A program made the position numbers and the translations under genes. A stretch of 36,161 bases of DNA from Candidatus Hodarchaeota archaeon (GTDB taxonomy: Archaea; Asgardarchaeota; Heimdallarchaeia; Hodarchaeales; Hodarchaeaceae), in NCBI GenBank assembly GCA_016840035.1, contig JAEOTC010000164.1, forward strand, positions 1 to 36,161, read 5' to 3'. Positions 19,236 through 29,421 of the stretch are shown one piece after another. The notes under the pieces are model-generated. The model was not told where the DNA came from. It searched no databases and worked only from the letters and a program-made list of their open reading frames with translations. Position 1 is the stretch's first letter, and every line of letters begins with the position of its first letter.

Positions 19236-19868
19236 TTGGATGAGTATCGAACGGATAGTGAGGAATTTATTCCCGAGTATTTATCTAGATTAGAAGAATC
19301 AGTACTAGAAGAGCTTTCAATCCGAGAAAGAAATTATAATTTCCGATTCAACGGCCTTCGACGATTACTAAGAGATGTTCACCAGCAAAAATTGACTCGT
19401 GCTCTAGAGCGCCTTCAAGAAGATCGATTGATACAACAATCTCCTGATGGAGGGTATAGGTTAGGTAATGATTCCTATGATAAGGTACGTGAATACTACG
19501 GGAATCAAGAACTCTTACACCATTATCAAAACCAAAATAATGAACAAGGTAAACTTCTCACTACAATTACCTCTGAGAAGGAAATTCCTGTAGAAGATCT
19601 GATTAAAAAATTAGCAGGAAAATACTTTGGTTATTTTAGATTTGTTGGTCACTTTTCTACCGATAAAAAAGGACGACTAGAGTGGATTCATGTCGAAGAC
19701 CATTCAAAAATACTAATTTCAACAATTTCTCAATCAGAAATTGAAATTGAAAGCTATAATGTAAGAAAAGAAACAATAGAACGGTTTATCCAGCTAATTC
19801 GACAGCTACTTGTCAATCAACATGTCTTCCTTCAAATCCGCGAGAATTCCTCCTCCCATCCAAATTAA
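19236..19868 (+). CDS. Winged-helix DNA-binding protein with an uncharacterised C-terminal domain
   Basis: FRFNGLRRLL..VHQQKLTRALERLQEDRLI...GGYRL fits an HxlR/MarR-like wHTH. C-terminal LAGKYFGYFRF...LEW. Confidence 0.7.
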   Translation: MDEYRTDSEEFIPEYLSRLEESVLEELSIRERNYNFRFNGLRRLLRDVHQQKLTRALERLQEDRLIQQSPDGGYRLGNDSYDKVREYYGNQELLHHYQNQNNEQGKLLTTITSEKEIPVEDLIKKLAGKYFGYFRFVGHFSTDKKGRLEWIHVEDHSKILISTISQSEIEIESYNVRKETIERFIQLIRQLLVNQHVFLQIRENSSSHPN

Positions 19869-20165
19869 TGAAAAGAGAGACTTTTTTATTCTCTACTGAG
19901 TACTTTCTGTTTTTTGTCTAATGCTCTTATCATTGATTCAATATATTCTCTCTTTCATTGCCATATCAATGACAGAGGTATTAGTAACCAATGAAAGCCA
20001 AATTCTTATAAGAAAAGGATGATTTGGGTGGAGTAGAGGTATTTCAAGGATGTCTGGTGTTCTCTAAATTTAACTCTTCTTTTTATCCAGTAGAGAACGC
20101 TCTATTGAAATTTCCTTTGATTACACATCCCTTTTCTTTATTTACCCTAATGACGGTGTATTATA

Positions 20166-23126
20166 TTGAGTGAACAACAGAGTGTGATAAGTGATTTTTT
20201 CGAATCGCTGCGAGTCATTGAACAGAAGTGGCAGAAGCGGTGGGCAGAGCAAGATATCTTCAAAGGAGTCGTAAATAAGAAGAAAAAGTTTTTCTTCACA
20301 GTCCCCTATCCTTATTCCTCAGGACCATTACATGTGGGTCATGCTCGAACATACACACTTGGAGATATGTTCTGTCGCTATAAACGACAATTAGGTCTCA
20401 ATACCCTCTGGCCAATGGCGTTTCACATCACTGGAACGCCCGTTCTATCTGTTTCTGCCAAGATTGCGGATGATAATGAGCACACCATCTCCCTTTATGA
20501 AGATTATGTCCGAATCTATGAGAAAGACGAGAAGAAAGTCAAGAAACTTGTCAAATCCTTCACCGAACCTATGAATGTCGCGATGTATTTTGCGAAGAAT
20601 ATGATTCACGACTTTCAAGGCATGGGTTATTCCTTGGATATTCATCGTCAGTTCACAACTGGAGATCCTGAATACAATAAATTCATCGAATGGCAGTATA
20701 AACACCTGATCGAGCAGAATTTGATTGTTCAAGGAGAATTTCCAATTCTTTGGTGTCGAAATGACAAGAATGCCGTTGGCGAAGATGACATTCAAGATGC
20801 AGATGTCAATAAGGTTGAGGTGCAGGAATTTGTAGCTTTAAAATTTCAGATGGGTGATGAATATCTGGTTGCAGGAACATTCCGGCCTGAAACTATTTAT
20901 GGTGCAACGAATATTTGGATTCATCCTGAAGCGATGTATAAAAGAATTCGCGTTGACGGGGAGACATGGATCATTTCTTCAAAAGCTGTTACCAAATTAC
21001 ATCAACAAAATCACGAGATTGAAGAAATAGAAGAAATTCCAGGATCCAATTTTATCGGAATGGATGCTTTTGCACCACGTGTTCCTGACCGTCCATTACC
21101 AATTCTTCCTGCTCCGTTTGTTGATCCTGAGCATGCAACTGGAGTTGTTTACTCAGTACCTGCGCATGCTCCCTATGATCATATTGCCCTAAGAGATTTA
21201 CAAGAGGATCCTACTCCACTTGAGCAATATAAGGGCTTAGCTGAAAAAGTGGCTCAATTGAAACCAATAGCATTAATCTCTATAAATAATTACGGTGAAT
21301 TTCCAGCTGTTGAGATAGTTGAGAGGCTAGGTGTGAAAAACCAAAATGATACTAGTAAACTTGAGATAGCAACCCAAGAAATCTACTCTGCTGAGTTTTA
21401 TAATGGCATTATGATGGATTTCACAGAGGAGTTTGCTGGGCAGAAGGTTGAGCAAGCTAAAGATAATGTGGCTCATACTTTGATTGAAGAAAACCGCGCA
21501 ACTTTTTTCTATGAAACCTCAAGAAAAGCTTTCTGTCGATGTGGTGGAGAAATTGTTATCGCGGTGTTACCAGACCAATATTTCTTACACTATGGAAACA
21601 AAAAATGGAAAACAAAGGCCAATGATGCGTTATCAAGTATGAAAATAACACCAGAGAAGTACAGGAAGTCTTTCGAAAATTGGTTCGATTGGTTTGATAA
21701 AAGACCTTGTGTTAGAAAACGAGGTTTAGGAACTGAATTTCCTTTAACCAAGGGACAAGGATGGATCATTGAGTCATTAAGCGATAGTGTCATCTACATG
21801 GCATTTTATACAATTATTCATCATATCCGTGAGCACAATATAAAGCCTGAGCAATTGATCCCCGAAGTGTTTGACTTTATCTTTCTGAAGAAAGGAGCTA
21901 AAACGAAAGTTTCAAAGAAAAGTGGTATTGATCCTCAGCTGTTAACCGAAATGCAAATAGAATTTCTTTACTGGTATCCAAACGATATGAGACATACAGC
22001 AATCGCTCATATAGGTAATCATCTATCCTTCGCAATATTTCATCATGCTGCCATCTTTCCCAAAAAGCATTGGCTCCAGTGCATAAGTTTGAATGAATTA
22101 CTGATTCGTGAAGGGGACAAGATGTCAAAATCATTAGGAAATGTGATCCCGATTGCACATTTACCAAAAAAATACTCGGTCGATGTCACACGAATGTATT
22201 TGGTTTCAGCTGGATCTGCCGATACCGTCTTGAATTGGACAGATGAGGGTATAAATACCTTAGTAACTCGATTCAGGAAATTTTGGGCCTTGATAAATGA
22301 GATAACTTCGTATCCAAAAACAAAGTCGTTTAATGTTGAAAAGTCTTCCTTTATGACCCGTTCATTCATCTCGGCTTGTACATCTCATTTAAAGGAAGCT
22401 GTAAATCAATTGGATCAGTTTGATGGTAGAGATTTCGTCACTCATGCTTTCCATCTGATGCTAAGAGAAATTGAATTCTATCAAAAATCTGCAATCGGCA
22501 TTCCAAAGAAAGAAAGGCATGCTGCACTACGCTATATTGTCGATCATTGGAATGTTATTCTCAGTCCAATGATTCCACACGTCTGTGAGGAAATTAATGA
22601 AAAGTTAGGAAATAAAGAATTTTGTTCCTTAAGATTAATTCCTCAGCTGGAGGTAACAGACGAAGCATCAGATTTAATGCGCCAAACAGATTTCATAAAG
22701 GACCTATCAGAAGATATTCAGGCCATAATTGATCTTAAACGTGAAAATCCACAAAAGGTTATAATCTACGTGGCCCCAAATTGGAAACAAGATTTATACG
22801 TTGAAATCTCTCATACTTTAGGTGAAGGTGCGTTTAATATGGGGAAAATCATGGGTACGCTTAAATCGAATCCCAAGTTTACTCCTAAAATGAATGTGAT
22901 TGCTAAAGAGATGAAAGCTATTCGTGGAGATGCAAAGGTATTTAGAAGAGAGTTCGTAGGAACAGAAAAAGAATTAGATGCCATTAAAGGTTATAAGTCG
23001 TATCTTTCCAAACATTTTGCCTGTGAGATTGAAGTTTATGCTGCTGAAGCGGAATCGATCAACGATCCTCTGAAAAAGGCTTCAAAAGCTCAACCAATGA
23101 AACCAGCTCTCTATATAGATTTCTAA
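20166..23126 (+). CDS. leuS: Leucine--tRNA ligase (archaeal/eukaryotic type)
   Basis: PYPYSSGPLHVGH (HIGH), TFRPETIYG and ATGVVYSVPAHAPYD (editing domain), IESLSDSVIY, KMSKS and C-terminal PMKPALY. Confidence 0.97.
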   Translation: MSEQQSVISDFFESLRVIEQKWQKRWAEQDIFKGVVNKKKKFFFTVPYPYSSGPLHVGHARTYTLGDMFCRYKRQLGLNTLWPMAFHITGTPVLSVSAKIADDNEHTISLYEDYVRIYEKDEKKVKKLVKSFTEPMNVAMYFAKNMIHDFQGMGYSLDIHRQFTTGDPEYNKFIEWQYKHLIEQNLIVQGEFPILWCRNDKNAVGEDDIQDADVNKVEVQEFVALKFQMGDEYLVAGTFRPETIYGATNIWIHPEAMYKRIRVDGETWIISSKAVTKLHQQNHEIEEIEEIPGSNFIGMDAFAPRVPDRPLPILPAPFVDPEHATGVVYSVPAHAPYDHIALRDLQEDPTPLEQYKGLAEKVAQLKPIALISINNYGEFPAVEIVERLGVKNQNDTSKLEIATQEIYSAEFYNGIMMDFTEEFAGQKVEQAKDNVAHTLIEENRATFFYETSRKAFCRCGGEIVIAVLPDQYFLHYGNKKWKTKANDALSSMKITPEKYRKSFENWFDWFDKRPCVRKRGLGTEFPLTKGQGWIIESLSDSVIYMAFYTIIHHIREHNIKPEQLIPEVFDFIFLKKGAKTKVSKKSGIDPQLLTEMQIEFLYWYPNDMRHTAIAHIGNHLSFAIFHHAAIFPKKHWLQCISLNELLIREGDKMSKSLGNVIPIAHLPKKYSVDVTRMYLVSAGSADTVLNWTDEGINTLVTRFRKFWALINEITSYPKTKSFNVEKSSFMTRSFISACTSHLKEAVNQLDQFDGRDFVTHAFHLMLREIEFYQKSAIGIPKKERHAALRYIVDHWNVILSPMIPHVCEEINEKLGNKEFCSLRLIPQLEVTDEASDLMRQTDFIKDLSEDIQAIIDLKRENPQKVIIYVAPNWKQDLYVEISHTLGEGAFNMGKIMGTLKSNPKFTPKMNVIAKEMKAIRGDAKVFRREFVGTEKELDAIKGYKSYLSKHFACEIEVYAAEAESINDPLKKASKAQPMKPALYIDF

Positions 23127-23353
23127 AGGAATTATTTACGGAATCTAAGTTTTTTTCCAGCTTGAAGACGAAATAATACTACTAGTGGGTATTCAAGAAG
23201 AATTGGAATCTTTTTTGTGGCAGATTCACCAGCTAGTCAATCAATTCCTTTTTTACCCGAAAGCCAGTCATATTATTGGGGTCTTAAAATACTCTATATG
23301 AAACAATATTAGATTTTACAACAAAACAAAACGAAATAAAGGAGAAATACATT

Positions 23354-24013
23354 GTGAATTATCCAACAAACCCCTTATTTAATGATTCACACCAAGATCA
23401 GATGAATCGATTGAAAGGGACAACTGGTGTTGCACTGAAATTTAAGAATGGTGCTTTAGTTGTCGCGGATCGTCGTGCATCTATGGGCTCTTTTACGGCA
23501 AGTAAACAGGCGAAAAAAGTCCATAAAGTCAATGATTATACTGGTATTGGTATTGCTGGATCTGTATCCGATGCACAAGCACTTGTAGATTTACTGCGAA
23601 GTGAATTACGCCTATATCAGCTTGAAAACAACTTTAATCCTAGTATTAAGGTTGCAGGCAGTCTACTAGCAACAATCATGCATGGAGGCTATCGAAGATA
23701 TCAACCTTGGTGGGTTCAGCTCTTAGTGGCTGGTGTAGATCGTCGTGGATCTCATGTTTATGTTCTCGGTCCTGATGGATCCCTTTCCGATGAAGATTTC
23801 TTCGCAATTGGATCTGGAACACTTCTATCTATTGGTGTACTAGAAAATGCATGGAAACCTGATCTTGATAAAGAATCAGCGAAAGATCTTGCCATTGCGG
23901 CAATAAAAACATCTCTAGCTAGAGATAATGCTACTGGAAATGGAATTGATGGTTTGATCTTCGTAAAGGAAGGAGATCAAGTCATAATGGAAGAAATACA
24001 CATCGATATGTGA
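23354..24013 (+). CDS. psmB: 20S proteasome beta subunit, predicted catalytically active
   Basis: 22-aa propeptide ending LKG, then Thr1 (TTGVA), Asp17 (ADRR), Lys33 (AKKV), GSG and RD..TG. Confidence 0.93.
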   Translation: MNYPTNPLFNDSHQDQMNRLKGTTGVALKFKNGALVVADRRASMGSFTASKQAKKVHKVNDYTGIGIAGSVSDAQALVDLLRSELRLYQLENNFNPSIKVAGSLLATIMHGGYRRYQPWWVQLLVAGVDRRGSHVYVLGPDGSLSDEDFFAIGSGTLLSIGVLENAWKPDLDKESAKDLAIAAIKTSLARDNATGNGIDGLIFVKEGDQVIMEEIHIDM

Positions 24014-24023
24014 GGTAAGTATC

Positions 24024-24686
24024 ATGTACGATTCTAGAATACCCTACGATAAATCTGCAGCCATTTGGAGCCCAGATGGTGAATTAGTCCAACTTTCCTA
24101 TGCACGAAAAGCTTCTGAGAAGGGAGCAGCCGCATTAGGTATGATTTTGGATGAAAAAACCATCCTACTTGCAGGAGAAACTCTCTTTGACCCACTCGTT
24201 GTGAAACCAGATAAGATCCAAGAAATCGACAATAAACTTTTCTTAATTGCTTCTGGACTCTCAACTGATTCAAATCTTTTAATTGGGCAATCTCGACTTG
24301 TTGCTCAACAACATCGGTTAATTTATGGCGAGAAAATCTCAGTAAGAGCGCTAGCTCAAAGATTAGGCGATTTAATGGCTCGTCATACAATTCAAGGAGG
24401 ACTCAGACCTTTCGGTACAGCTTTACTCCTTGCAGGATTTAACCCGATTTCTAAAGAAGCAGAACTTTTCTTTGTGGATAATGGAGGATCACACTTTGCA
24501 GTAAATGCTTATGCTGCTGGAAGTGGCAATGAACGAATAATTGATGCCCTTAGGAAGGAGTACAAGCAAGGCATCAATGTTGATGCAGCAAAGAAATTAG
24601 TTCTCGAAATTATCACAAGTGCTTTGAACAAAAAAGAAACTCTCACAGAGAAAGAATTAGAAATCCAAATTCTAACTGCAGAATAG
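24024..24686 (+). CDS. psmA: 20S proteasome alpha subunit (divergent, short)
   Basis: YDKSAAIWSPDGELVQLSYA (alpha signature), DKIQEID, SGLSTD, GLRPFG and AGSG. Confidence 0.9.
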   Translation: MYDSRIPYDKSAAIWSPDGELVQLSYARKASEKGAAALGMILDEKTILLAGETLFDPLVVKPDKIQEIDNKLFLIASGLSTDSNLLIGQSRLVAQQHRLIYGEKISVRALAQRLGDLMARHTIQGGLRPFGTALLLAGFNPISKEAELFFVDNGGSHFAVNAYAAGSGNERIIDALRKEYKQGINVDAAKKLVLEIITSALNKKETLTEKELEIQILTAE

Positions 24687-24708
24687 TGAGAGCGTTTATC
24701 TAATAAAA

Positions 24709-24748
24709 ATGGAAGTGGTCATACACCACTTACATCCTCTTTTTCTCT
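24709..24748 (+). terminator. Hairpin plus pyrimidine tract after the proteasome pair
   Basis: AAGTGGT-catac-ACCACTT stem followed by CCTCTTTTTCTCT. Confidence 0.45.
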
Positions 24749-24829
24749 GTAATGGAAAAACAATGTTTAAAGATTCAAACAATTTTTTAAAGAATAATTT
24801 GAGTCAAATGTATTAATCTGGGAATTTTT

Positions 24830-25561
24830 ATGTCTAATAGACCAATGCGAATTTTGTTTCTGGCAGACCTTCACAGTAATTTGACCGCGTATAATGCAAT
24901 TCGAGATGAAGTCCAAGAACAATTTGGAAAGAACATTGATTATACAATATGTCTGGGGGATCTCATTGGATATGGGCCTTATCCAAACGAAATTGTAAAA
25001 ATCTCTGAATCATTTGATTTAAATATAATTGGGAATCACGATATCGCCTGTGCTACAGGAAATGCAGATGGCTTTAATCCAGAAGCGGAAAAAGCTGTTC
25101 TTTGGACTTTTGATCAACTGACGACATATAGCAAGACTTATATTTCAATAATCGCTCAAAACGAATTTAAAGAGATTGAAGAGAAGGGACTCAAACTATA
25201 CTTAACCCATGCTTCCCCGAAAGAATATTTGACTGATTATATTTATCCAGATGACTCCAAAGAGCGCAAAGATGAACTACTAGGAATGATTGGAGAAAAT
25301 GTCGTTCTTATTGTAGGACATACTCATATCCCTATGATCTATCAAAATGAAGCGGGAAAGGTTATCTTCAATCCTGGAAGTGTGGGACAACCTCGCGATA
25401 ATGATCCCCGGGCATCTGCAGGAATTATGGAAATCAATCCCGACTCTTCGGTAAAACTCGACTGGATTCGTGTGACCTACGATACGCGTGAAGTCGCTCG
25501 TGAGATTCAAAAGGTGGGTTTGCCAATAAAGCTCGCAGAAAGACTGTTTTTTGGTCATTGA
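24830..25561 (+). CDS. Calcineurin-like metallophosphoesterase (MJ0912-like)
   Basis: DLHSN, LGDLIGYGP, GNHD, HASP, GHTH and NPGSVGQPRD motifs. Confidence 0.92.
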   Translation: MSNRPMRILFLADLHSNLTAYNAIRDEVQEQFGKNIDYTICLGDLIGYGPYPNEIVKISESFDLNIIGNHDIACATGNADGFNPEAEKAVLWTFDQLTTYSKTYISIIAQNEFKEIEEKGLKLYLTHASPKEYLTDYIYPDDSKERKDELLGMIGENVVLIVGHTHIPMIYQNEAGKVIFNPGSVGQPRDNDPRASAGIMEINPDSSVKLDWIRVTYDTREVAREIQKVGLPIKLAERLFFGH

Positions 25562-25565
25562 AGAT

Positions 25566-25979
25566 TTACAAGTAATCCTCTTCATCAATTGCACTCTGGA
25601 CTTTTTCAAGTTTGATGGAGCGACCAATTCTTAATTTTTCAAAAAATTTAATGTCTCCATCTTGAATGTGGCCAACGATATTAACGGGATATGCAATTTC
25701 TTTATTGAGTAGAAAAATAATTAGAACATTGCTTTGTGTCCAATAACCAATATCACCTTTTTTGACTATTTTCTTTGCATTCTCCGGACCAGCTCTTCCA
25801 ATCTTGAAAGGAAAACTAACCTCTCCATTACGAACTACGATTCGAGTTTGAATGGCGTTGCGGAGTTGATAGTTAATCAATGCAATTGTACGAGGTGCAA
25901 AGTTTCGATCTAGGACTCCACGACCGTATTCATTCTGACCGGTGATAGAGAATTCAATAACGATGTGGTTCGATGCCAT
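25566..25979 (-). CDS. Cyclophilin-like fold protein (DUF369 / TM1367-like)
   Basis: APRT, GPENAK.IV..GDIGYW, LIIF and PVNIVG motifs. Confidence 0.8.
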   Translation of the reverse strand: MASNHIVIEFSITGQNEYGRGVLDRNFAPRTIALINYQLRNAIQTRIVVRNGEVSFPFKIGRAGPENAKKIVKKGDIGYWTQSNVLIIFLLNKEIAYPVNIVGHIQDGDIKFFEKLRIGRSIKLEKVQSAIDEEDYL

Positions 25980-26127
25980 ATAAAGGCTCCATGTGCCAAA
26001 CCATTAATTTGTGTTGGGCAGAATATATCTGATCTGGTTACTTTCCGTGAAGTGAGGATTTAAATTAAATAAGTTTCTAATTGAAAAGTGACTAATATTC
26101 AAGAAGAACAATTTATAGGTTAGAAAA

Positions 26128-27015
26128 ATGGAAATAATGAATTTTTTTGCGCAAAGCGATGGCCTAGAAATTATGCTACCGTTTTTTGCGTTATTTGGTA
26201 CGATCCTCGTTCTTATTTATGTTCTGAGTGGAATTAAGGTAATTAAAGAATGGGAAAGAGCCCCCGTACTTCGTCTTGGGCGCTATACAGGGTTGAAGGG
26301 GCCAGGTATTTTCTGGATTATTCCTGGTATCGATAAAATCCCCTCTATTATCTCCACACGGATTCAAACGTACTCATTCCGATCCGAACAAAGTTTAACT
26401 CGAGATAATGTGCCCGTTACAATTGATGCTGTGTTATTCTTCAAGGTTGTTGATGTTGAAAAAACTGTCTTAGAAGTTGAGCATTATCAATCAGCTACAC
26501 AATGGGTTGCTCAAACAACACTGCGAGAAGTGACTGGACAAGTTGAACTTGACGAAGTACTTGCAGAACGAGAAAAAATTGCCCATCATATGCAAGAAAT
26601 TGTCGATGAAAAAACTGAAATGTGGGGAATCAAAATCATGAGTGTCGAAATTCGTGATGTGGTTGTCCCAGGAAGATTGCAAGAAGCAATTTCTCGTCAA
26701 GCAGAAGCTGAACGGGAGAGACGGGCTCGTATCACTCTTTCTCAAGCAGAAAAGGAAGCCGCGAAGGGTATGATTGAAGCTGCTGAACAATATGCAACAT
26801 CTCCATACGCGATGGAGCTACGTTGGATAAATTTATTATTTGAAGCTGCTACAGAAGGTGGAGCTACTATAATGATAGTACCTGCGAATATTCCAATTGC
26901 TGGATTTTCGGGAATGGGCTCCAGAGAAGGGTCTGGAAGCACAGGGCTACCGCCTGTAGGCGTATTTGGAATGAAACCCCTTCCTACCAAAGAGAAGAAA
27001 AAGAAAGAAGAATAA
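26128..27015 (+). CDS. Stomatin / SPFH (band 7) protein
   Basis: N-terminal TM helix, EWERAPVLRLG, GPG, TRDNV, AQTTLR, WGIKI and QAEAERERRA coiled coil. Confidence 0.95.
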   Translation: MEIMNFFAQSDGLEIMLPFFALFGTILVLIYVLSGIKVIKEWERAPVLRLGRYTGLKGPGIFWIIPGIDKIPSIISTRIQTYSFRSEQSLTRDNVPVTIDAVLFFKVVDVEKTVLEVEHYQSATQWVAQTTLREVTGQVELDEVLAEREKIAHHMQEIVDEKTEMWGIKIMSVEIRDVVVPGRLQEAISRQAEAERERRARITLSQAEKEAAKGMIEAAEQYATSPYAMELRWINLLFEAATEGGATIMIVPANIPIAGFSGMGSREGSGSTGLPPVGVFGMKPLPTKEKKKKEE

Positions 27016-27208
27016 GAATGAACTGATTCTTACTTAACCATTTCTTTTCTATCTTCCCTTTTTTTCAGCTAAATATTTTTGATTATACTATTGATGAAGG
27101 ACGGAGAAATATTCTTGTTTTTTTTATTTTTAGTTTTAAAAACACCAAAAAATAAATACATCAGAGAGATAGTATCCTTTATTATCAAGAATAACTGGAT
27201 GCACTAGA

Positions 27209-28090
27209 ATGTCAGTACAATCCTATTTTATACTTGGAAGACCGTTAAATTCCCTGTTAGCAGGATCAGCTGTTGCTATTGGTGCGTTAGCTGCCTTATC
27301 TGCCCCATTAACTTCCACCCAACTATGGTACATAATTCTAGGGTGCATTACAACTGGTTTTATTTCTGCATATGGGTATGCTATTAATGATATTTTTGAT
27401 ATTGAGATTGACAAGATTAATGTTCCACATCGCCCTATCCCGTCAGGTAATGTAAGTCTACAAGGAGCAAAATGGTTTGCAATCATTACTCTTGCATTAG
27501 GTATAATTTTTGCTTTTTTAATCGATCTAGTTGCGGTAGCATTAGCATTATTTGGAGGAGTTCTTCTTTATCTTTATGCAGGGTACTTTAAACGTTCTGG
27601 TTTTCCAGGAAACCTTATAGTTGCATTATTAGCAGCAATTCCATTTATTTTCGGTGGATTTGTTACTGCAAGTTATTCGACCTTAATTTACCCCGCCTCA
27701 TTTGCATTTCTAATTAACCTTGGACGAGAGTTAATCAAAGATATTGAAGACGTTCATGGTGATAAATTAGAAGATGTTCAATCTATTGCTTTACGATATG
27801 GGGTAAAACCTGCAAGAAATCTTGCATACATAATTCTATTTTCTCTTGTAGTTATCATCCCATTCCCAGTTCTTCTAGGATTCTATAAAAGCATCCCTTT
27901 CTACATTGCAGTTCTTCTAATAATTGGAATCATAATTTACACAGTACCAATGGTGTTTAACCATCCTGAAGAAACAATTATCCAAAATACTACAGCCATA
28001 AAGCGTATTCTTAAGATTTGCATGACAATTGGTGTTGTTGGCTTTATGTCAGAGGGTTTAATTAACCTGTTTCATTATACTTTCTCTTAA
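27209..28090 (+). CDS. Digeranylgeranylglyceryl phosphate synthase (UbiA family)
   Basis: RP.N, NDIFDIEIDKIN.PHRPIPSG and GRELIKDIEDVHGD, the latter typical of DGGGP synthases. Confidence 0.88.
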   Translation: MSVQSYFILGRPLNSLLAGSAVAIGALAALSAPLTSTQLWYIILGCITTGFISAYGYAINDIFDIEIDKINVPHRPIPSGNVSLQGAKWFAIITLALGIIFAFLIDLVAVALALFGGVLLYLYAGYFKRSGFPGNLIVALLAAIPFIFGGFVTASYSTLIYPASFAFLINLGRELIKDIEDVHGDKLEDVQSIALRYGVKPARNLAYIILFSLVVIIPFPVLLGFYKSIPFYIAVLLIIGIIIYTVPMVFNHPEETIIQNTTAIKRILKICMTIGVVGFMSEGLINLFHYTFS

Positions 28091-28104
28091 TCATCTTACT
28101 TCGC

Positions 28105-28851
28105 TTATAACATCGCCTGAATGGTTTCAATAATAATTGTAAAGGGTACAATAATTAAAATGGAAGGAGTTAAATCTCCAACGGGGATATCTTTAATTTC
28201 AAGGATCCGAATGCCTAATCCGAGGATTAAGACTCCTCCAATAACAGTAATCATACCTTGAACAGAATCGCTTAGCTGCGGTCCTACTAGTGCAGAAAGT
28301 AGGGTTATTGATCCTTGGTATACAAGAACTGGAATAATGCTGAAAATCACACCGATTCCCATTGATGCTGATAGAGCAATGGACATAATACCATCTAAGC
28401 CAGATTTAATAAGTAAAAGGTCAATTTCTTCCCCTAATCCATCTTTGATTGAACCAAGAATAGCCATCGGCCCTGTTTCAAAGATGATTGATGCCACTAC
28501 AAATCCTTCGACAAAGGTGCTCTCTGAGCTTTTAGCTTTATTCTTAAACCATTCCCCCAATTTTTCAATATTTTCTTCAATCTTCACCCACAATCCTAAA
28601 ATTCCCCCTAAGACAAGAGAAAACAATAAAATTAGAAACTCGACATTTGATATATTGTAAGAGAGAAACATTTCGACTCCGAGAAGCATAGTTAATAATC
28701 CAATGCTTTTGATGGTGATTTGTTTCATTTCGTCCGTAAATATAACTTTTCCTACGGTTATTCCTATTAATGTGCCGATAATTATAGCCAAGCAGTTAAT
28801 TAACGTTCCTAGCAAGATTAACCATCTTATAATTCTCTTTATCGAATGCAT
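28105..28851 (-). CDS. DUF554 family membrane protein (YdfK/YqgA-like)
   Basis: GTLIN, FVEGFV.AS, GPMAILGSI.DG, KSGLDG and YQGSIT. The true start is probably near LGTLIN. Confidence 0.88.
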   Translation of the reverse strand: MHSIKRIIRWLILLGTLINCLAIIIGTLIGITVGKVIFTDEMKQITIKSIGLLTMLLGVEMFLSYNISNVEFLILLFSLVLGGILGLWVKIEENIEKLGEWFKNKAKSSESTFVEGFVVASIIFETGPMAILGSIKDGLGEEIDLLLIKSGLDGIMSIALSASMGIGVIFSIIPVLVYQGSITLLSALVGPQLSDSVQGMITVIGGVLILGLGIRILEIKDIPVGDLTPSILIIVPFTIIIETIQAML

Positions 28852-28965
28852 TTAAATTGTCTAGATCTAATTTTTAAAATCAATTGCCTAATACAATCGA
28901 CGCTTTCATATATCAAAGTAGAAAAGCTCAGTACAAGTCAAATACGCTGATTGGAGTAAGATAAG

Positions 28966-29256
28966 ATGAGCATATCTGATAAACGGGTACGTAAAAAACG
29001 CCGATGGGGTAAAGTGTTTGAATATACTAGCTATGAGCGATCTCTTCTCGTTGGCGATGAATATGATTCTATGCTGAAAGATTTAACAGCTGAATACGAA
29101 AAACGGAAATCTATCGTTGTTACTCCTCAAGAAATCGCTGCACGTAATGATATTCGTGTTTCGGTAGCGAAAAGGCTCCTAACAGATCTGGAAGAGAAAA
29201 AAATCTTGAAAAAAGCGTTCTTCAATAGACGATTATGCGTTTACGTGAAGGCCTGA
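28966..29256 (+). CDS. rps25e: Ribosomal protein eS25
   Basis: Basic N-terminus KKRRWGK and winged-helix core VTPQEIA....IRVSVAKRLL.DLEEKKIL......RL.VY. Confidence 0.85.
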   Translation: MSISDKRVRKKRRWGKVFEYTSYERSLLVGDEYDSMLKDLTAEYEKRKSIVVTPQEIAARNDIRVSVAKRLLTDLEEKKILKKAFFNRRLCVYVKA

Positions 29257-29421
29257 AGTCTAGAGTTTCACAACTCTCCTAAACACTAACTTTTTTCTAA
29301 ATTCTTTTCTTACCTTTGAGAGAAGAATTTAAAGAATCCTTTGAAATTTATTGATCAGTCTTCTCCATATCGATTGAGAGATCTCTATTACTAGTCTCTT
29401 AATGATTTAACAGGTGGAAAT

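Noticed and set aside
19869-20165. SRP RNA, RNase P RNA, tRNA or T-box in the leuS upstream gap
   Set aside because: Too AT-rich, and no SRP helix 8, tRNA T-loop or T-box consensus is visible.
24830-25561. Vps29/retromer homologue
   Set aside because: GDLIGYGP and NPGSVGQPRD indicate the MJ0912-like phosphoesterase family rather than Vps29/YfcE.
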